A DNA stretch of 62,674 nt, the filler included, from Chiloscyllium plagiosum (Eukaryota): assembly GCF_004010195.1 (NCBI RefSeq). It is 4 parts of 2 records of this genome, joined end to end, with 100 filler letters (N's around TTAATTAATTAA, not from the genome) between each part and the next. Parts side by side here need not be neighbours in the genome. Positions count along the whole stretch, not along the records: positions 51,240 to 62,674 come from NC_057712.1; 3 more parts are not named here. One strand, given 5' to 3'. Numbering within the stretch: the stretch's first letter is position 1; every line of letters starts with the position of its first letter. Shown here in pieces: positions 62,588 to 62,674 of this stretch. Both the position numbers and the translations under genes were made by a program. The notes below the pieces were generated by a model. That model saw only the letters and a list, made by a program, of their open reading frames with translations. It was not told where the DNA came from and did no database searches.

Positions 62588-62674
62588 GCTGAGCTTGACC
62601 CTAGCTACCTCCACCTTATGTAAGCTACCTTTTTCCTTTTGACGAGAAGCTCCACTGCTCTCGTCATCCAAGGT
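62588..62674 (-). mobile_element. CR1 ORF2 linker fragment
   Basis: PWMTRAVELLVKRKKVAY. Confidence 0.7.

Overview
Repeat-rich vertebrate genomic DNA, most likely from a cartilaginous fish (HE1/V-SINEs, HER1-like CR1 LINEs, a Deu-domain SINE). It is scaffolded, with three artificial 100-bp spacers (44N-TTAATTAATTAA-44N) and one 831-N gap. Only two host coding exons are recognisable, both terminal exons on the minus strand: YTHDC1 (19981-20196) and GAREM2 (44743-45766, SAM domain). Most of the rest is decayed CR1, Rex1/Babar, Tx1, Gypsy and Penelope retroelements, SINEs and MITEs. The most notable observations are: (1) a Penelope-derived inverted repeat (3280-4032) whose arms differ almost entirely by one-polarity transitions, an ADAR-like A>G signature on the minus strand fixed in DNA; (2) short fold-back Penelope elements carrying minimal hammerhead ribozymes on both strands; (3) repeated insertion of these elements into tRNA-derived SINEs; (4) an orphan YTHDC1 last exon beside GAREM2; (5) a TSD-flanked chimeric U2 snRNA 5' fragment. 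Repeat boundaries and family names were assigned by eye and are approximate. No database search was run.
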